A stretch of 59,746 bases of DNA, from assembly GCA_964373895.1 (NCBI GenBank), contig CAYJWQ010000002.1, positions 8,659-68,404 of the forward strand. The letters run 5' to 3'. The stretch's first letter is position 1, and every line of letters begins with the position of its first letter. The stretch comes from an uncultured Nitrospirota bacterium. GTDB lineage: Bacteria; Nitrospirota; Nitrospiria; SBBL01; SBBT01. The notes under the pieces were generated by a model that was given only the letters and a program-made list of their open reading frames with translations, searched no databases and was not told the DNA's origin. The translations under genes were made by a program, and so were the position numbers. Below are positions 27,259 through 36,747 of the stretch, one piece after another.

Positions 27259-28347
27259 ATGCCGGTAAATTGCGGTATCATAGGACTTCCCAATGTTGGG
27301 AAGTCGACTATTTTTAATGCGCTGACGCATGCCAACGCGGCCGTTGCCAATTATCCGTTTTGCACCGTGAATCCCAATGTCGGGGTGATTGCCGTCCCCG
27401 ATGACCGTCTCGTCAGTCTGGCCGAACTCTATGTGCCAAAGAAGGTGACGCCGACCTATATGGAGGTCGTCGATATTGCCGGTCTTGTGAAAGGCGCATC
27501 TTGTGGCGAGGGGCTTGGGAACCAATTTCTCTCCCATGTCCGCGAGGTGGATGCGCTGGTCCATATTGTTCGATGTTTTGACGATCCGCAAATTGTCCAT
27601 GTCCATGGCTCGGTTGATCCCGAACAGGATGTCGAGATTGTTGAGACGGAGCTGATCCTCAAGGATTTAGAATCGGTGGAGCAGCGTCTCCTTCGCGCTG
27701 ATAAGAGGATTAAGACGGGAGACCCCACGGCGATACGTGAAGTGGATTTATTGAAACGCCTTGCAGGCGTTCTTGGACAGGGGCAACCGGCGCGCGCGCT
27801 GTTGATGTCGGATAAGGCGTTCCCGCTCGATCTGCAGCTATTGTCTTCAAAACCCGTTCTTTATGTGGCCAATCTGCCGGAAGAGGAGATGCAGAAAGGA
27901 AATGCCCATTCAGACCGTCTGTCTAAGATGGCTCGCCAGCGCGGATCGGAATGTATCATGATTAGCGGAAAAATAGAGGCGGAGATGGCGGACCTCTCTC
28001 CAGAAGAAGGGAAGGAACTTTTAGCCGAATGGGGTCTTCTGGAATCGGGGCTTGCCAGACTGACCCGCGCCGCTTATGCCTTGCTGGGGCTTGTTACGTT
28101 TTTTACGGTGGGAAAGGATGAAGTAAAAGGGTGGACGATTCAAAGGGGGACTGCCGCAGTAGAAGCCGCAGGAAAGATCCATTCGGATATCGCGCGGGGT
28201 TTTATCTGCGCTGAAGTCTTTAAGTATGAAGATGTGATAGCGCAGGGCCACCCTCGGGCAATGAAGGAAAAGGGGCTCCTGCGCCTTGAGGGACGGGACT
28301 ATCTCATCGAAGATGGAGATTGCGTCTATTTTCGTTTTAATGTTTAA
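27259..28347 (+). CDS. ychF: redox-regulated ribosome-binding ATPase YchF
   Basis: CGIIGLPNVGKSTIFNALT motif, a C-terminal TGS-like domain and 363 aa from the ATG at 27259. Confidence 0.95.
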   Translation: MPVNCGIIGLPNVGKSTIFNALTHANAAVANYPFCTVNPNVGVIAVPDDRLVSLAELYVPKKVTPTYMEVVDIAGLVKGASCGEGLGNQFLSHVREVDALVHIVRCFDDPQIVHVHGSVDPEQDVEIVETELILKDLESVEQRLLRADKRIKTGDPTAIREVDLLKRLAGVLGQGQPARALLMSDKAFPLDLQLLSSKPVLYVANLPEEEMQKGNAHSDRLSKMARQRGSECIMISGKIEAEMADLSPEEGKELLAEWGLLESGLARLTRAAYALLGLVTFFTVGKDEVKGWTIQRGTAAVEAAGKIHSDIARGFICAEVFKYEDVIAQGHPRAMKEKGLLRLEGRDYLIEDGDCVYFRFNV

Positions 28348-28364
28348 TCAATGAGGGGATATCG

Positions 28365-28730
28365 ATGAATGCGTATGAAACGATTTTTATTGTGAAGACA
28401 TCTCTTACGGATGAAGAGACCGTCGCCGTAACGGAAAAAATTAAGGGAGTGGTCCATCGGGAAGGTGGAGAGGTGGTTGTCGCAGAGAATTTAGGAAAAA
28501 AGAAACTGGCCTATGAGGTTCAGAAGGAAAAGAAAGGAACCTATGTCATTATGCAATTTAAAGGAAATGGGGCGACTGTTTTGGAGCTGGAGCGCAATTA
28601 TCGGCTGTCCGAGTCGATCATTAAATTCATGACGATCCGGATAGAGCTTAAAAAACTTGGGAAGATATTGCAGGCGAAAGACGAAAAGCCGATCTCGATG
28701 AGGGATAAAGAGTTTACGGGAGGAAGGTAG
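28365..28730 (+). CDS. rpsF: 30S ribosomal protein S6
   Basis: YETIFIV N-terminus and the rpsF-ssb-rpsR order. Confidence 0.93.
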   Translation: MNAYETIFIVKTSLTDEETVAVTEKIKGVVHREGGEVVVAENLGKKKLAYEVQKEKKGTYVIMQFKGNGATVLELERNYRLSESIIKFMTIRIELKKLGKILQAKDEKPISMRDKEFTGGR

Positions 28731-28798
28731 TTTTATTTTAGCCTTTTTTGCAAGCCCGTTTTGCCTTTAAAAACGTGGGTGGATATAAGGGGTGAGCC

Positions 28799-29197
28799 AT
28801 GGTGAGTTTTAATAAGGTTATTTTAATTGGAAATCTTACCAAAGACCCTGAAATCAGGTATACGCCGAGTGGAACGGCTGTCGCGACATTTGGTCTTGCT
28901 GTCAACCGTCGGTATAAACAAGGCGATGAGATGAAAGAGGAGGTCTGTTTTATTGACGTTGTTGTCTTTGGAAAACAGGCCGAGAACAGCGGCCAGTATC
29001 TGTCCAAGGGACAGGGGGTGATTGTAGATGGGCGCCTCCAACAGCGCCGATGGGAGACGGAGGAAGGCCAAAAACGAAACAAACATGAGGTGGTGGCCCA
29101 GAGTATCCGGTTTCTTCCAAAACGGCAAGGGGGGGTGGAAGGCACTGACAAAGGAGATCTGGCGGTTGAAGAGGGAGGAGACGAGGTTCCGTTTTAA
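28799..29197 (+). CDS. ssb: single-stranded DNA-binding protein
   Basis: NKVILIGNLTKDPEIRYTPSG OB-fold start and an acidic C-terminal tip DEVPF. Confidence 0.95.
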   Translation: MVSFNKVILIGNLTKDPEIRYTPSGTAVATFGLAVNRRYKQGDEMKEEVCFIDVVVFGKQAENSGQYLSKGQGVIVDGRLQQRRWETEEGQKRNKHEVVAQSIRFLPKRQGGVEGTDKGDLAVEEGGDEVPF

Positions 29198-29244
29198 TCC
29201 CCACAGCGATGACTGGGGGCGTCTGTCGTTGAATAAGTTAATGT

Positions 29245-29484
29245 ATGGGAGGTGATGTGGAGAAGACCTATTTTCAGAAGAAGCGGCCCTGCCGTTTTTG
29301 TGCCGAGAAGAAAGAAGAGATTGATTACAAGGAGGTTCAAACCTTAAAAAACTTTCTGACAGAGCGTGGGAAAATTATTCCGAGGCGCATTTCTGGTAAT
29401 TGTGCGGGACACCAGCGGGGCCTGACCCTGGCAATTAAACAGGCCAGAAACATTGCGTTTCTGGCGTTTTCCGAAGACAGATAG
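29245..29484 (+). CDS. rpsR: 30S ribosomal protein S18 (start uncertain: ATG 29245 or GTG 29257)
   Basis: KKRPCRFC...IDYK....L..F....GKI.PRR.SG.C..HQR motif. Confidence 0.9.
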   Translation: MGGDVEKTYFQKKRPCRFCAEKKEEIDYKEVQTLKNFLTERGKIIPRRISGNCAGHQRGLTLAIKQARNIAFLAFSEDR

Positions 29485-29550
29485 GCGCCTCGTCTCTCTT
29501 GCGTGGGGGAGTCTTTACGAGGGTGACGTTTCTGCGAGGGGACATACAGA

Positions 29551-29925
29551 GTGAAAACTGCTGCGAAGGTCGGCACACCTAATCGGAGAGGACATCAGCG
29601 GTCGCCCTATATTGTGCTTGAGCTCAAAGGGAGACATAAAAATACAGTCTTTATGGCGTATACAGAGAATATCAGCCGGGGAGGGTTGTTTGCCTCATCG
29701 TCGCAATCCCTAAAAGTTGGGGATCGCTTTCCCATTGAGTTTGTGTTGCCGGACCGGAAAACCACCGTCCGGTGCATGTGCGAAGTCTCGTGGAAGAAAC
29801 GGTATGACACAACGGGTTTTGTCTCCGAAGGGGTGGGGGTTCAATTTGTTGATCTGGGAGAGGCGCAAAGAAATCGTATTGTTCAGTGGATTGAAAAGGG
29901 GGAGAAGGGGAGGCGCAATCTGTAA
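29551..29925 (+). CDS. PilZ-domain protein (predicted c-di-GMP receptor)
   Basis: RRGHQR (RxxxR) and ENISRGG (D/NxSxxG) motifs at canonical spacing. GTG start. Confidence 0.8.
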   Translation: MKTAAKVGTPNRRGHQRSPYIVLELKGRHKNTVFMAYTENISRGGLFASSSQSLKVGDRFPIEFVLPDRKTTVRCMCEVSWKKRYDTTGFVSEGVGVQFVDLGEAQRNRIVQWIEKGEKGRRNL

Positions 29926-30538
29926 AAATAGGATATCTGTCATAAAATACAGCGTTTTTGTCCTCTTTGTCGCGCTCCTCTTTTTTTCTTTGGGGGGCTA
30001 TGGCGGCGCCACCGAGACATTCGAGGCGGATGTGGTTCGAGTGATTGATGGGGATACCGTGCGTCTTGCCAACGGAACCCTGGTTCGATATTTAGGAGTC
30101 AACGCCCCGGAAATCAGAAGGAAAGTCAAGAGAAAATGGGTCTATGATCCGAAGCCGTTTTCAGAGGAGGCAACCTCTTATAACCGGAAATTGGTCGAAG
30201 GGAAAAAGGTCCGAATAGAGTTTGACCCAGAAGAGCGCGATGACCGCTATGGTCGGCTGTTGGCCTATGTTTTTGTCGGGCCTGTCTTTGCCAACGAGAA
30301 GATGATTGAAAATGGGTTGGCCAAGTTGTATGTGATACCTCCCCACATAAAATACCGCGCGCGTTTAAGAGACGCAGAGCAAAAAGCCAAGGCGCATCGT
30401 CTCGGGATCTGGTCTGTCGCCAAGCGAAGAGCCACCAGGCGGTTCAAAAAGTCTCATAGGCAAGGGGGCATGACCCAAGAGCACAGTGCCCGTCCTCAAA
30501 AAGCCTCCTTTGAACTTTTCAACAGCCGACGAGAATAG
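29891..30538 (+). CDS. secreted or membrane-anchored staphylococcal-nuclease-like (thermonuclease family) protein; start codon ambiguous (ATG 29804, TTG 29879 or TTG 29891)
   Basis: Hydrophobic signal/anchor YSVFVLFVALLFFSL, then the SNase core VVRVIDGDTV...RYLGVNAPE...YGRLLAYV. No canonical start lies downstream of the PilZ stop. The C-terminal roughly 30 aa are encoded by the repeat remnant at 30436-30528. Confidence 0.75.
   Translation: MKRGRRGGAICKNRISVIKYSVFVLFVALLFFSLGGYGGATETFEADVVRVIDGDTVRLANGTLVRYLGVNAPEIRRKVKRKWVYDPKPFSEEATSYNRKLVEGKKVRIEFDPEERDDRYGRLLAYVFVGPVFANEKMIENGLAKLYVIPPHIKYRARLRDAEQKAKAHRLGIWSVAKRRATRRFKKSHRQGGMTQEHSARPQKASFELFNSRRE
30436..30528 (+). repeat. short degenerate copy (about 93 bp) of the 8395/17612 element, embedded in the 3' end of the nuclease ORF
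   Basis: caggcggttcaaaaagt matches caggctgttcaaaaagt (reverse complement of copy 2) at 16 of 17 positions. The right end gaacttttcaacagccg matches gagctttttcaacagcctg of copy 1. The order and orientation of the arms are the same. Confidence 0.5.
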
Positions 30539-30547
30539 GTAGAAGTG

Positions 30548-31807
30548 ATGTTGTCTTCCAAGAGGCGTGTTGTTCCCCCAAAAGCCTCTTATTTAAAGAG
30601 CGACCTCCTCGGGAAAGCGAGAGAGGTGGAGGTTCTTCGTCGCATCGCCGCATCCATTAGCTCCAATCTGGATTTGGAAGAGGTCTTAAAAGAGACGGTT
30701 GAATTGGTAGTTGAAATAACCAAAGCCGATGCCTGTCTGGTCTATCTCTTAAACGAGGCCGAGGAAGAACTGGTTCTGCGCGCCTCCAAGAATCCACATC
30801 CTAAGCTCATTGGGCGCATACGCCTGGAGTTGGGGGAGGGAATCACGGGATGGGCGGCGAAAGAAAAACGAACCGTGGCCATTCCCAAAAATGCCGACAA
30901 TGATCCCCGTTTTGCATTCTTCCACAGCCTCCCTGAAGATCGTTATCAGGCGTTTTTATCGGTGCCGTTTACCAGCAAAGGAGAGGTAACAGGGGTGATC
31001 AACGTTCAGCACAAAAAAACCCATTACCATACCCAGGATGAGATTGCCCTTTTGACAACCATCGGACATCAGGTTGGATCGGCCATCGAAAACGCGCGGC
31101 TCTACCAGGAGATGAGAAAGAAAGCGCTTCAGATTGACACCCTTTCGCGCGTCAGCCATACCATTACGTCGAATCGGTACATTGAGGAGATTCTTAATCT
31201 GATTGTGACCATGACGGCGGGGATGATGAATTCAAAAATCTGCTCCATTATGATTCTGGATAAGAAAAAGGAGGAGCTGAAAATTGTCGCCACACAGAGT
31301 TTGAGCGAGGGATACCGACTAAAGGCCAACGTGAAGGTGGGGGAGAGTGTTTCAGGACGGGCGGTCAAAGAGCAGAGGTCTATCACCATTCTTGATGTCC
31401 GTTGTGATCCCACCTATGGTTTCCCCGAGCTGGCAAAAAAAGAAGGATTATGCTCTTTGCTTTCCATCCCGATGATGATTAAAGATCGGGCCATTGGGGT
31501 TATTAACAGCTATACCTCGACGGTACACCGTTTCTCGCAGGAGGAAATCGACATCTTGCGGGCGGTGGCGAATCAGGCCGCGGTTGCGATTGAAAATACC
31601 ACCCTCCTGGAGCAGACATCCGCCATGCAAGAGGCCCTGGATACCAGAAAGGGTATCGAACGTGCCAAGGGAATCCTCATGCGAGGCGGCAAGATTTCCG
31701 AAGCGGAGGCATTTCGGTTAATTCAGCGGAAGAGCATGGATAATCGCAAGTCGATGCGTGAGATTGCGGAGGCGATCATTTTAGCGTCTGAAATAGAGAA
31801 GGGGTAG
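30548..31807 (+). CDS. GAF-GAF-ANTAR RNA-binding regulator
   Basis: Two GAF domains (..GEGITGWAA.., ..GESVSGRAV..) followed by a C-terminal ANTAR motif (IERAKGILM.....SEAEAFRLIQRKSMDNRKSMREIAEAI). Confidence 0.88.
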   Translation: MLSSKRRVVPPKASYLKSDLLGKAREVEVLRRIAASISSNLDLEEVLKETVELVVEITKADACLVYLLNEAEEELVLRASKNPHPKLIGRIRLELGEGITGWAAKEKRTVAIPKNADNDPRFAFFHSLPEDRYQAFLSVPFTSKGEVTGVINVQHKKTHYHTQDEIALLTTIGHQVGSAIENARLYQEMRKKALQIDTLSRVSHTITSNRYIEEILNLIVTMTAGMMNSKICSIMILDKKKEELKIVATQSLSEGYRLKANVKVGESVSGRAVKEQRSITILDVRCDPTYGFPELAKKEGLCSLLSIPMMIKDRAIGVINSYTSTVHRFSQEEIDILRAVANQAAVAIENTTLLEQTSAMQEALDTRKGIERAKGILMRGGKISEAEAFRLIQRKSMDNRKSMREIAEAIILASEIEKG

Positions 31808-31814
31808 CGTTTTT

Positions 31815-32369
31815 ATGGCACACTTACAAAATGACAGCAATTTGATCTGGCTTGATCTGGAGATGACCGGTCTGGAGCCGAACCTGCACACGATTGTGGA
31901 AATTGCCACCATTATTACGGATAGTCAGCTCAATGTCTTGGCGGAGGGGCCTGCGATCGCGATTTATCAGGATGTGGAGACCTTAAACGCGATGGAGAAA
32001 TGGAGTCGAGATACCCATACGAAATCAGGCCTGCTGCAACGGATCGTATCGGCTAAGACTTCTATGCAAGAGGCGGAGGCGATGACGCTTGATTTTATAC
32101 GCCGTTATATCCCGGAGAAAAAGTCGCCGCTCTGCGGGAATTCTATCAGTCATGACCGGCGTTTTCTGGAGCGTTATATGCCAAACCTGTTTGCCTACCT
32201 CCACTATCGTAACATTGATGTTAGCACCATCAAGGAATTGGTGAAAAGATGGTATCCCAACTATCCGGTGGCGTTGACGAAGAAGGGAAACCATCTTGCT
32301 ATGGATGATATTCGCGATTCCATCCGAGAATTGGCGTTTTATCGGGAGCACTATTTTTTGAAGCAGTAA
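31815..32369 (+). CDS. orn: oligoribonuclease
   Basis: LIWLDLEMTGL DEDDh exonuclease motif I and SISHDRRFL; 184 aa. Confidence 0.93.
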   Translation: MAHLQNDSNLIWLDLEMTGLEPNLHTIVEIATIITDSQLNVLAEGPAIAIYQDVETLNAMEKWSRDTHTKSGLLQRIVSAKTSMQEAEAMTLDFIRRYIPEKKSPLCGNSISHDRRFLERYMPNLFAYLHYRNIDVSTIKELVKRWYPNYPVALTKKGNHLAMDDIRDSIRELAFYREHYFLKQ

Positions 32370-32451
32370 ATGGCGGTATCACATTCTTGCAATCGTTTTT
32401 TTGTTCTGATACACAGAACCCCCTTTGTGTATCGTTGGAATCAAGGGAATC

Positions 32452-33750
32452 ATGTCTTATTCGGAGACACTTGACTACCTGTACCAGTTACAGTGGCATG
32501 GAATTCAGCCTGGACTTAAGCGAATGTCCATGCTCCTCTCCCTCCTGGGTCATCCTGAACGATCCTATCGATCGATCCATATCGGTGGAACCAATGGAAA
32601 AGGCTCGACGTCGGCGATCATCGCCGCCCTTCTTGGGAAGGCCGGTTTTCGGGTTGGGCTCTATACCTCTCCCCATCTGATTCATTTTTCGGAGCGGATA
32701 TCTCTGTCGGATGTCCCAATCTGCGAGGGGGAAATAATCCGGTTGACGGCGTTGATACGTGAGGCGGTTGATGCGACGCCTGGGCTTTCTGAAGGAATCA
32801 CCTTTTTTGAGTTTACGACGGCCATGGCGCTGCTCTATTTTTCTTTGATGCGGGTTGATTTTGCCGTTGTAGAGGTGGGGATGGGGGGCCGATATGACGC
32901 GACCAATCTCCTCGCTCCGGAGGTTTCCGCCATTACCAATATCGGCTTAGATCACGAGCAATACCTTGGGGGGAGTCTGCTTCAGATTGCAAAAGAAAAG
33001 GCGGGAATTATCAAGGCGCAAACCCCCATTGTGACGGCGGCAACCCAGTTTGAAGTGTGCGAATTATTTAAAGAGACTGCCCGATTAAAACATGCGCCTC
33101 TGTTTCGTTTGGGGCATGAAATAAAAACCTTTGGGGAGGATCCGAGCCGGTTTCTCTATCGTGGAATTCGGGAGAGAACGGTAGCGTGTCCTCTCATGGG
33201 GCGGCATCAAATCGACAATAGCGCTGTCGCATTAGGCGTGATCGAGCAGCTCCAACAAAGGGGGGTTGCCCTTTCTGAAGCCGATATCTTAGAGGGGATG
33301 AAAGAGGTTCGGTGGCCAGGTCGCCTGGAGATTGTTCGCCGCGACCCTCTGATTATTCTGGACGGGGCGCATAATCCTGCGGGGGCGCGGGCGTTGGCCT
33401 CCTTTTTGACGGGGCTTGATCCAGATCGGCGGGGGAAACACTGGCTGATGATTGGCGTGATGCGGGATAAGAACATCAGAAAAATATTGGAGCCGATCAC
33501 GCCATGGGCCGATGAAATTGTTCTGACACGACCCGATATCGAACGGGCGGCCGATCCCCATCTGATGTCGGCATTTGTAGAAGGGGACACCTCTGTTCAG
33601 ACAGTCCGTGAAGGAGTTCCTGATGCCATGCGCTATGTTGCGTCTCTCATTCAGACGCAAGACAGCTTGGTGATTACTGGATCGCTCTATACGGTTGGAG
33701 AGGCCAAGGCCTTTTATTCCGGGGTGGCCGCCTCCCCGATTCGAGGGTAG
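32452..33750 (+). CDS. folC: bifunctional folylpolyglutamate synthase/dihydrofolate synthase
   Basis: IHIGGTNGKGST P-loop and Mur ligase family architecture. ATG at 32452 (MSYSETLDYLY). Confidence 0.92.
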   Translation: MSYSETLDYLYQLQWHGIQPGLKRMSMLLSLLGHPERSYRSIHIGGTNGKGSTSAIIAALLGKAGFRVGLYTSPHLIHFSERISLSDVPICEGEIIRLTALIREAVDATPGLSEGITFFEFTTAMALLYFSLMRVDFAVVEVGMGGRYDATNLLAPEVSAITNIGLDHEQYLGGSLLQIAKEKAGIIKAQTPIVTAATQFEVCELFKETARLKHAPLFRLGHEIKTFGEDPSRFLYRGIRERTVACPLMGRHQIDNSAVALGVIEQLQQRGVALSEADILEGMKEVRWPGRLEIVRRDPLIILDGAHNPAGARALASFLTGLDPDRRGKHWLMIGVMRDKNIRKILEPITPWADEIVLTRPDIERAADPHLMSAFVEGDTSVQTVREGVPDAMRYVASLIQTQDSLVITGSLYTVGEAKAFYSGVAASPIRG

Positions 33751-35934
33751 ATGGGTCGCCTTCTCCCCTGGAAGATGTGGCGTCCGCATCTCCGTGGTTT
33801 TATTCTCGTGCGCGTAAGTGCGGCCCTTTGGAAAAAGGGGATTATCCTTCCGATCTTAGTCATTCTCCTGCTACCCGATTTTGGAATAGGAAAAGACATC
33901 CTGCCACAACTTTCAGCCCCCCCTGAAGGGACGGACCGCGCCCCCATTCATGTTACGGCAGATCAGTTGGAATACAGGGATGGCATCTATCATGCTCAAG
34001 GATCTGTTGTGGTCATACAAGGGCCTATGAAAATTTCGGCCGATGCCGTCTTTCTTAACAATGAAACAGGAAAACTGCATGCGATTGGGAATGTGCACGT
34101 CACAGATAAAGAGAGTCAGATGAATGCGGCAGAGATGACGTTGGATGTCGATACGAAATTAGGGGTGCTCTATAATGGCAGGCTCTTTATCAAGCAGGAA
34201 AACTACCACGTATACGGGACAGAAATAGAGCGGCGCGAATTGGACGATTACCTCTTTCGTGATGCCTCTTTTACGGCGTGCGATTGCCCAGAGGATCCAG
34301 ATTGGCGCATCCGGTCAAGACAAATTCGTCTTCACCTGGATCAGAACATTGTGGCGCGCGACGTTGTTTTTTATGTCGGCAATGTTCCGATCGTCTATCT
34401 TCCCTATTTTACCTATCCCATGAAGCGGCAAACGGGGCTTCTTGTCCCACGATTCGGTTATAGCACGCGTCATGGATTTAAGATCAACCAGCCTTTTTTC
34501 TGGGCGATATCGCAACACCAGGATGCGACCCTGTCGTTCGATCATCAAGGCGGCAAGGGGGATGGCGTTGAAATTGAGTACAGATATGTCCAATCGAAAG
34601 ATCTACAGGGAACTTTGGAAACGGATTATTTTTACGATGAAGAGAAGCGGGTCGCGCGGTGGGATGTGCGGTACAATCACAAACAGCGCCTTTCTGAACA
34701 GGTCGATGCCAGGCTTGATATCCGATATATCAATCAAAGGAATAATTTCCTGGAACTCTCGGAGCAGACGTCGGAACGGGCGCAGCAAAATCTTGAGTCG
34801 AATCTTTTTGTTGCGTATCGTGGCGATCTGTTTCTGGCCTATGCCTTGGCTCGTTATACGCTTGACCTGACCACCCCCAATAACAATAACACGTTACAGA
34901 GGCTGCCGGAGCTCGGAATGAGCCTCATCGAATATCGCCTTGGGGCGTCTCCGCTTTACCTTAATTTTGACGGCAGCGCCGTCAACTTTTGGCGTGAGAC
35001 AGGGTTTTCCACCCAGCGTGTCGATCTTTACCCAAAAATTTCCTGGCCGATTCCGCTCTCTGACTTTGCCACGGTGACGCCGTGGGCAGGGTTCAGGAAA
35101 ACGTGGTATAGCCGAGGCAACCTTGAGACGCATCCACTCGATCGCGATATTCTTCCCATCGGGTTTCATCTTAACACCCGATATGATCGGATGTGGGGGA
35201 CAATGACACATCTCATCCGCCCTTCCCTGATGTATGAACATATCGATGTGGGGCGGCAGCCCGATGTCCTTCAGTTTGACGATCTTGATCGTCTCTTCGA
35301 CCGACAGAGCGTCACGGTCTCCCTCACGCAACGGTTGCTTGAGGATAACGGGGATGGGCCATTGATTGAGAAGGTGTTTTCACAACTGACAGAGAGCTAC
35401 AACATTCATAAAGACGACTCCGGCGCCACTTCGACAGGGGAGCGCCCTTACTCTGATTTGAGATGGGAGTTGAAAGTAAAGCCGACCTCTTTCTTCTCGA
35501 TGGAGGTGGATTCGTTTTATAACTTGGATCGGCATGCCCTATCCTCCTTAAATACCGATCTTAACTTTAATCTTCGATCGTATGCGACCGCTTCCTTCGG
35601 ACAGAGATATACTAAAGCGGGATCCATCTCAAAAAAAGGAGACCTTTTTAATCCGATGTATCTGGGAGATCGCGAAACGGCATCCCCGGTTCAGTTCTTG
35701 ACGGAGAAGGTTGTGATAAAGACGCCCTGGGGAGTTCATCTTGCCAGCCGTGCCTATTATGATGTGCGTCAAGGCAAATTGGTGGAGATCGCCTACGGTC
35801 TTCAATTTGAAAGTCAATGTTGGAATATAACCGTAACCTATCTGGATCTAAAAGAAAGAAATGACCTCTACTTGATGGTGAACCTGAAGGGATTGGGAGG
35901 CCTGACATCGAGAAAATGGGCCAGCCTGTTTTAG
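33751..35934 (+). CDS. lptD: LPS-assembly outer-membrane protein LptD
   Basis: OstA N-terminal domain (ADQLEY...GNV), the CDCP cysteine pair and a large C-terminal beta-barrel region. Confidence 0.9.
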   Translation: MGRLLPWKMWRPHLRGFILVRVSAALWKKGIILPILVILLLPDFGIGKDILPQLSAPPEGTDRAPIHVTADQLEYRDGIYHAQGSVVVIQGPMKISADAVFLNNETGKLHAIGNVHVTDKESQMNAAEMTLDVDTKLGVLYNGRLFIKQENYHVYGTEIERRELDDYLFRDASFTACDCPEDPDWRIRSRQIRLHLDQNIVARDVVFYVGNVPIVYLPYFTYPMKRQTGLLVPRFGYSTRHGFKINQPFFWAISQHQDATLSFDHQGGKGDGVEIEYRYVQSKDLQGTLETDYFYDEEKRVARWDVRYNHKQRLSEQVDARLDIRYINQRNNFLELSEQTSERAQQNLESNLFVAYRGDLFLAYALARYTLDLTTPNNNNTLQRLPELGMSLIEYRLGASPLYLNFDGSAVNFWRETGFSTQRVDLYPKISWPIPLSDFATVTPWAGFRKTWYSRGNLETHPLDRDILPIGFHLNTRYDRMWGTMTHLIRPSLMYEHIDVGRQPDVLQFDDLDRLFDRQSVTVSLTQRLLEDNGDGPLIEKVFSQLTESYNIHKDDSGATSTGERPYSDLRWELKVKPTSFFSMEVDSFYNLDRHALSSLNTDLNFNLRSYATASFGQRYTKAGSISKKGDLFNPMYLGDRETASPVQFLTEKVVIKTPWGVHLASRAYYDVRQGKLVEIAYGLQFESQCWNITVTYLDLKERNDLYLMVNLKGLGGLTSRKWASLF

Positions 35935-35936
35935 GC

Positions 35937-35960
35937 AAAAAAGGGGAATTCCCCCTCTTT
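35937..35960. terminator. weak bidirectional terminator-like palindrome (aaaaaa ggggaattcccc tctttatttt) between convergent lptD and the M14 peptidase gene
   Basis: Short G/C palindrome flanked by an A-run and a T-run; only 24 nt of intergenic space. Confidence 0.35.
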
Positions 35961-36747
35961 ATTTTATTGTGTCACAGAGCCTTAGCGCTATTTTAAAAAC
36001 AGTCAGGTGCATGTCCACACGTTGATGCATGTCAAGAAAGGTGGGCGTTTCCGAGGTAATACAATGAGGAGTTCCCTGATCGTGAAGGTAGATGGCCTGG
36101 GGCCATTCTCCCCTTCTGGCCATCCTTTTTTTGAAAAAAGAGGATGCAACTTCCGGATTGATCACGCCTCCGACGGCCGGGGCCCCTTCTATTTCTGCTT
36201 GTAAGTTAATCGGATATTTTTTTGAAATTTCCTTGACAATGATGTCTCCTGCCGCATGCCGGGCCTCATCGCAGATCTCGTAGAGATAAAAACCGGGCGT
36301 ATCGATATCTTCATGAAACTCCATAGAAAGGTCGAACCGTTTTTCCATGAGCGCCGCGCGTACGAGACGCACCTCCTGGGGGGGCGTTCGCTTGCCATAT
36401 TGCCGGTTTAGGTCTACTCCCGAACTATTTTCTCGGGTGTGATGTTCGTAACCGAACGGGTTGAGGCAGGGAAAGAGCGTAAGGTGAAACTGTTCTATAA
36501 GAGCGGGTTCCTTCTTGAGCGTGGAGAGGATGTCTAAAAGGGCCGCTACCCCTGCCGGCTCGTTACCATGAATTCCTCCCGAGAGAAGAATTTTTTTCAT
36601 TCCGGCCCCCGTTGGCGTGGTAAGCATAAAAAAGGGATATTCCATCAGTATATGGCCAAGAATTTGTACCTTCAGTCCCTTTATCTCCTCTGCCAGGGAG
36701 GTCAGTTGTCTTTCGAACGCTAAATAGGAACGGATTTTTTCCAGCAT
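35959..36747 (-). CDS. M14-family zinc carboxypeptidase (succinylglutamate desuccinylase/aspartoacylase-like)
   Basis: GGIHGNEPAG (HxxE zinc site), NPFGY, GVDLNRQ and EFHED motifs. Confidence 0.85.
   Translation of the reverse strand: MLEKIRSYLAFERQLTSLAEEIKGLKVQILGHILMEYPFFMLTTPTGAGMKKILLSGGIHGNEPAGVAALLDILSTLKKEPALIEQFHLTLFPCLNPFGYEHHTRENSSGVDLNRQYGKRTPPQEVRLVRAALMEKRFDLSMEFHEDIDTPGFYLYEICDEARHAAGDIIVKEISKKYPINLQAEIEGAPAVGGVINPEVASSFFKKRMARRGEWPQAIYLHDQGTPHCITSETPTFLDMHQRVDMHLTVFKIALRLCDTIK

Noticed and set aside
26850-27350. 166-aa minus-strand and 96-aa plus-strand ORFs covering the pth-ychF spacer
   Set aside because: They are low-complexity, Arg-rich translations of a palindromic element with no SD or family resemblance. 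I treat the region as non-coding structured DNA/RNA.
36121-36146. Palindrome catccttttttt gaaaaaagaggatg, resembling the repeat arms
   Set aside because: It lies inside the well-supported M14 peptidase coding sequence, and its flanks do not align to the dispersed element. It is probably coincidental A/T-run symmetry.
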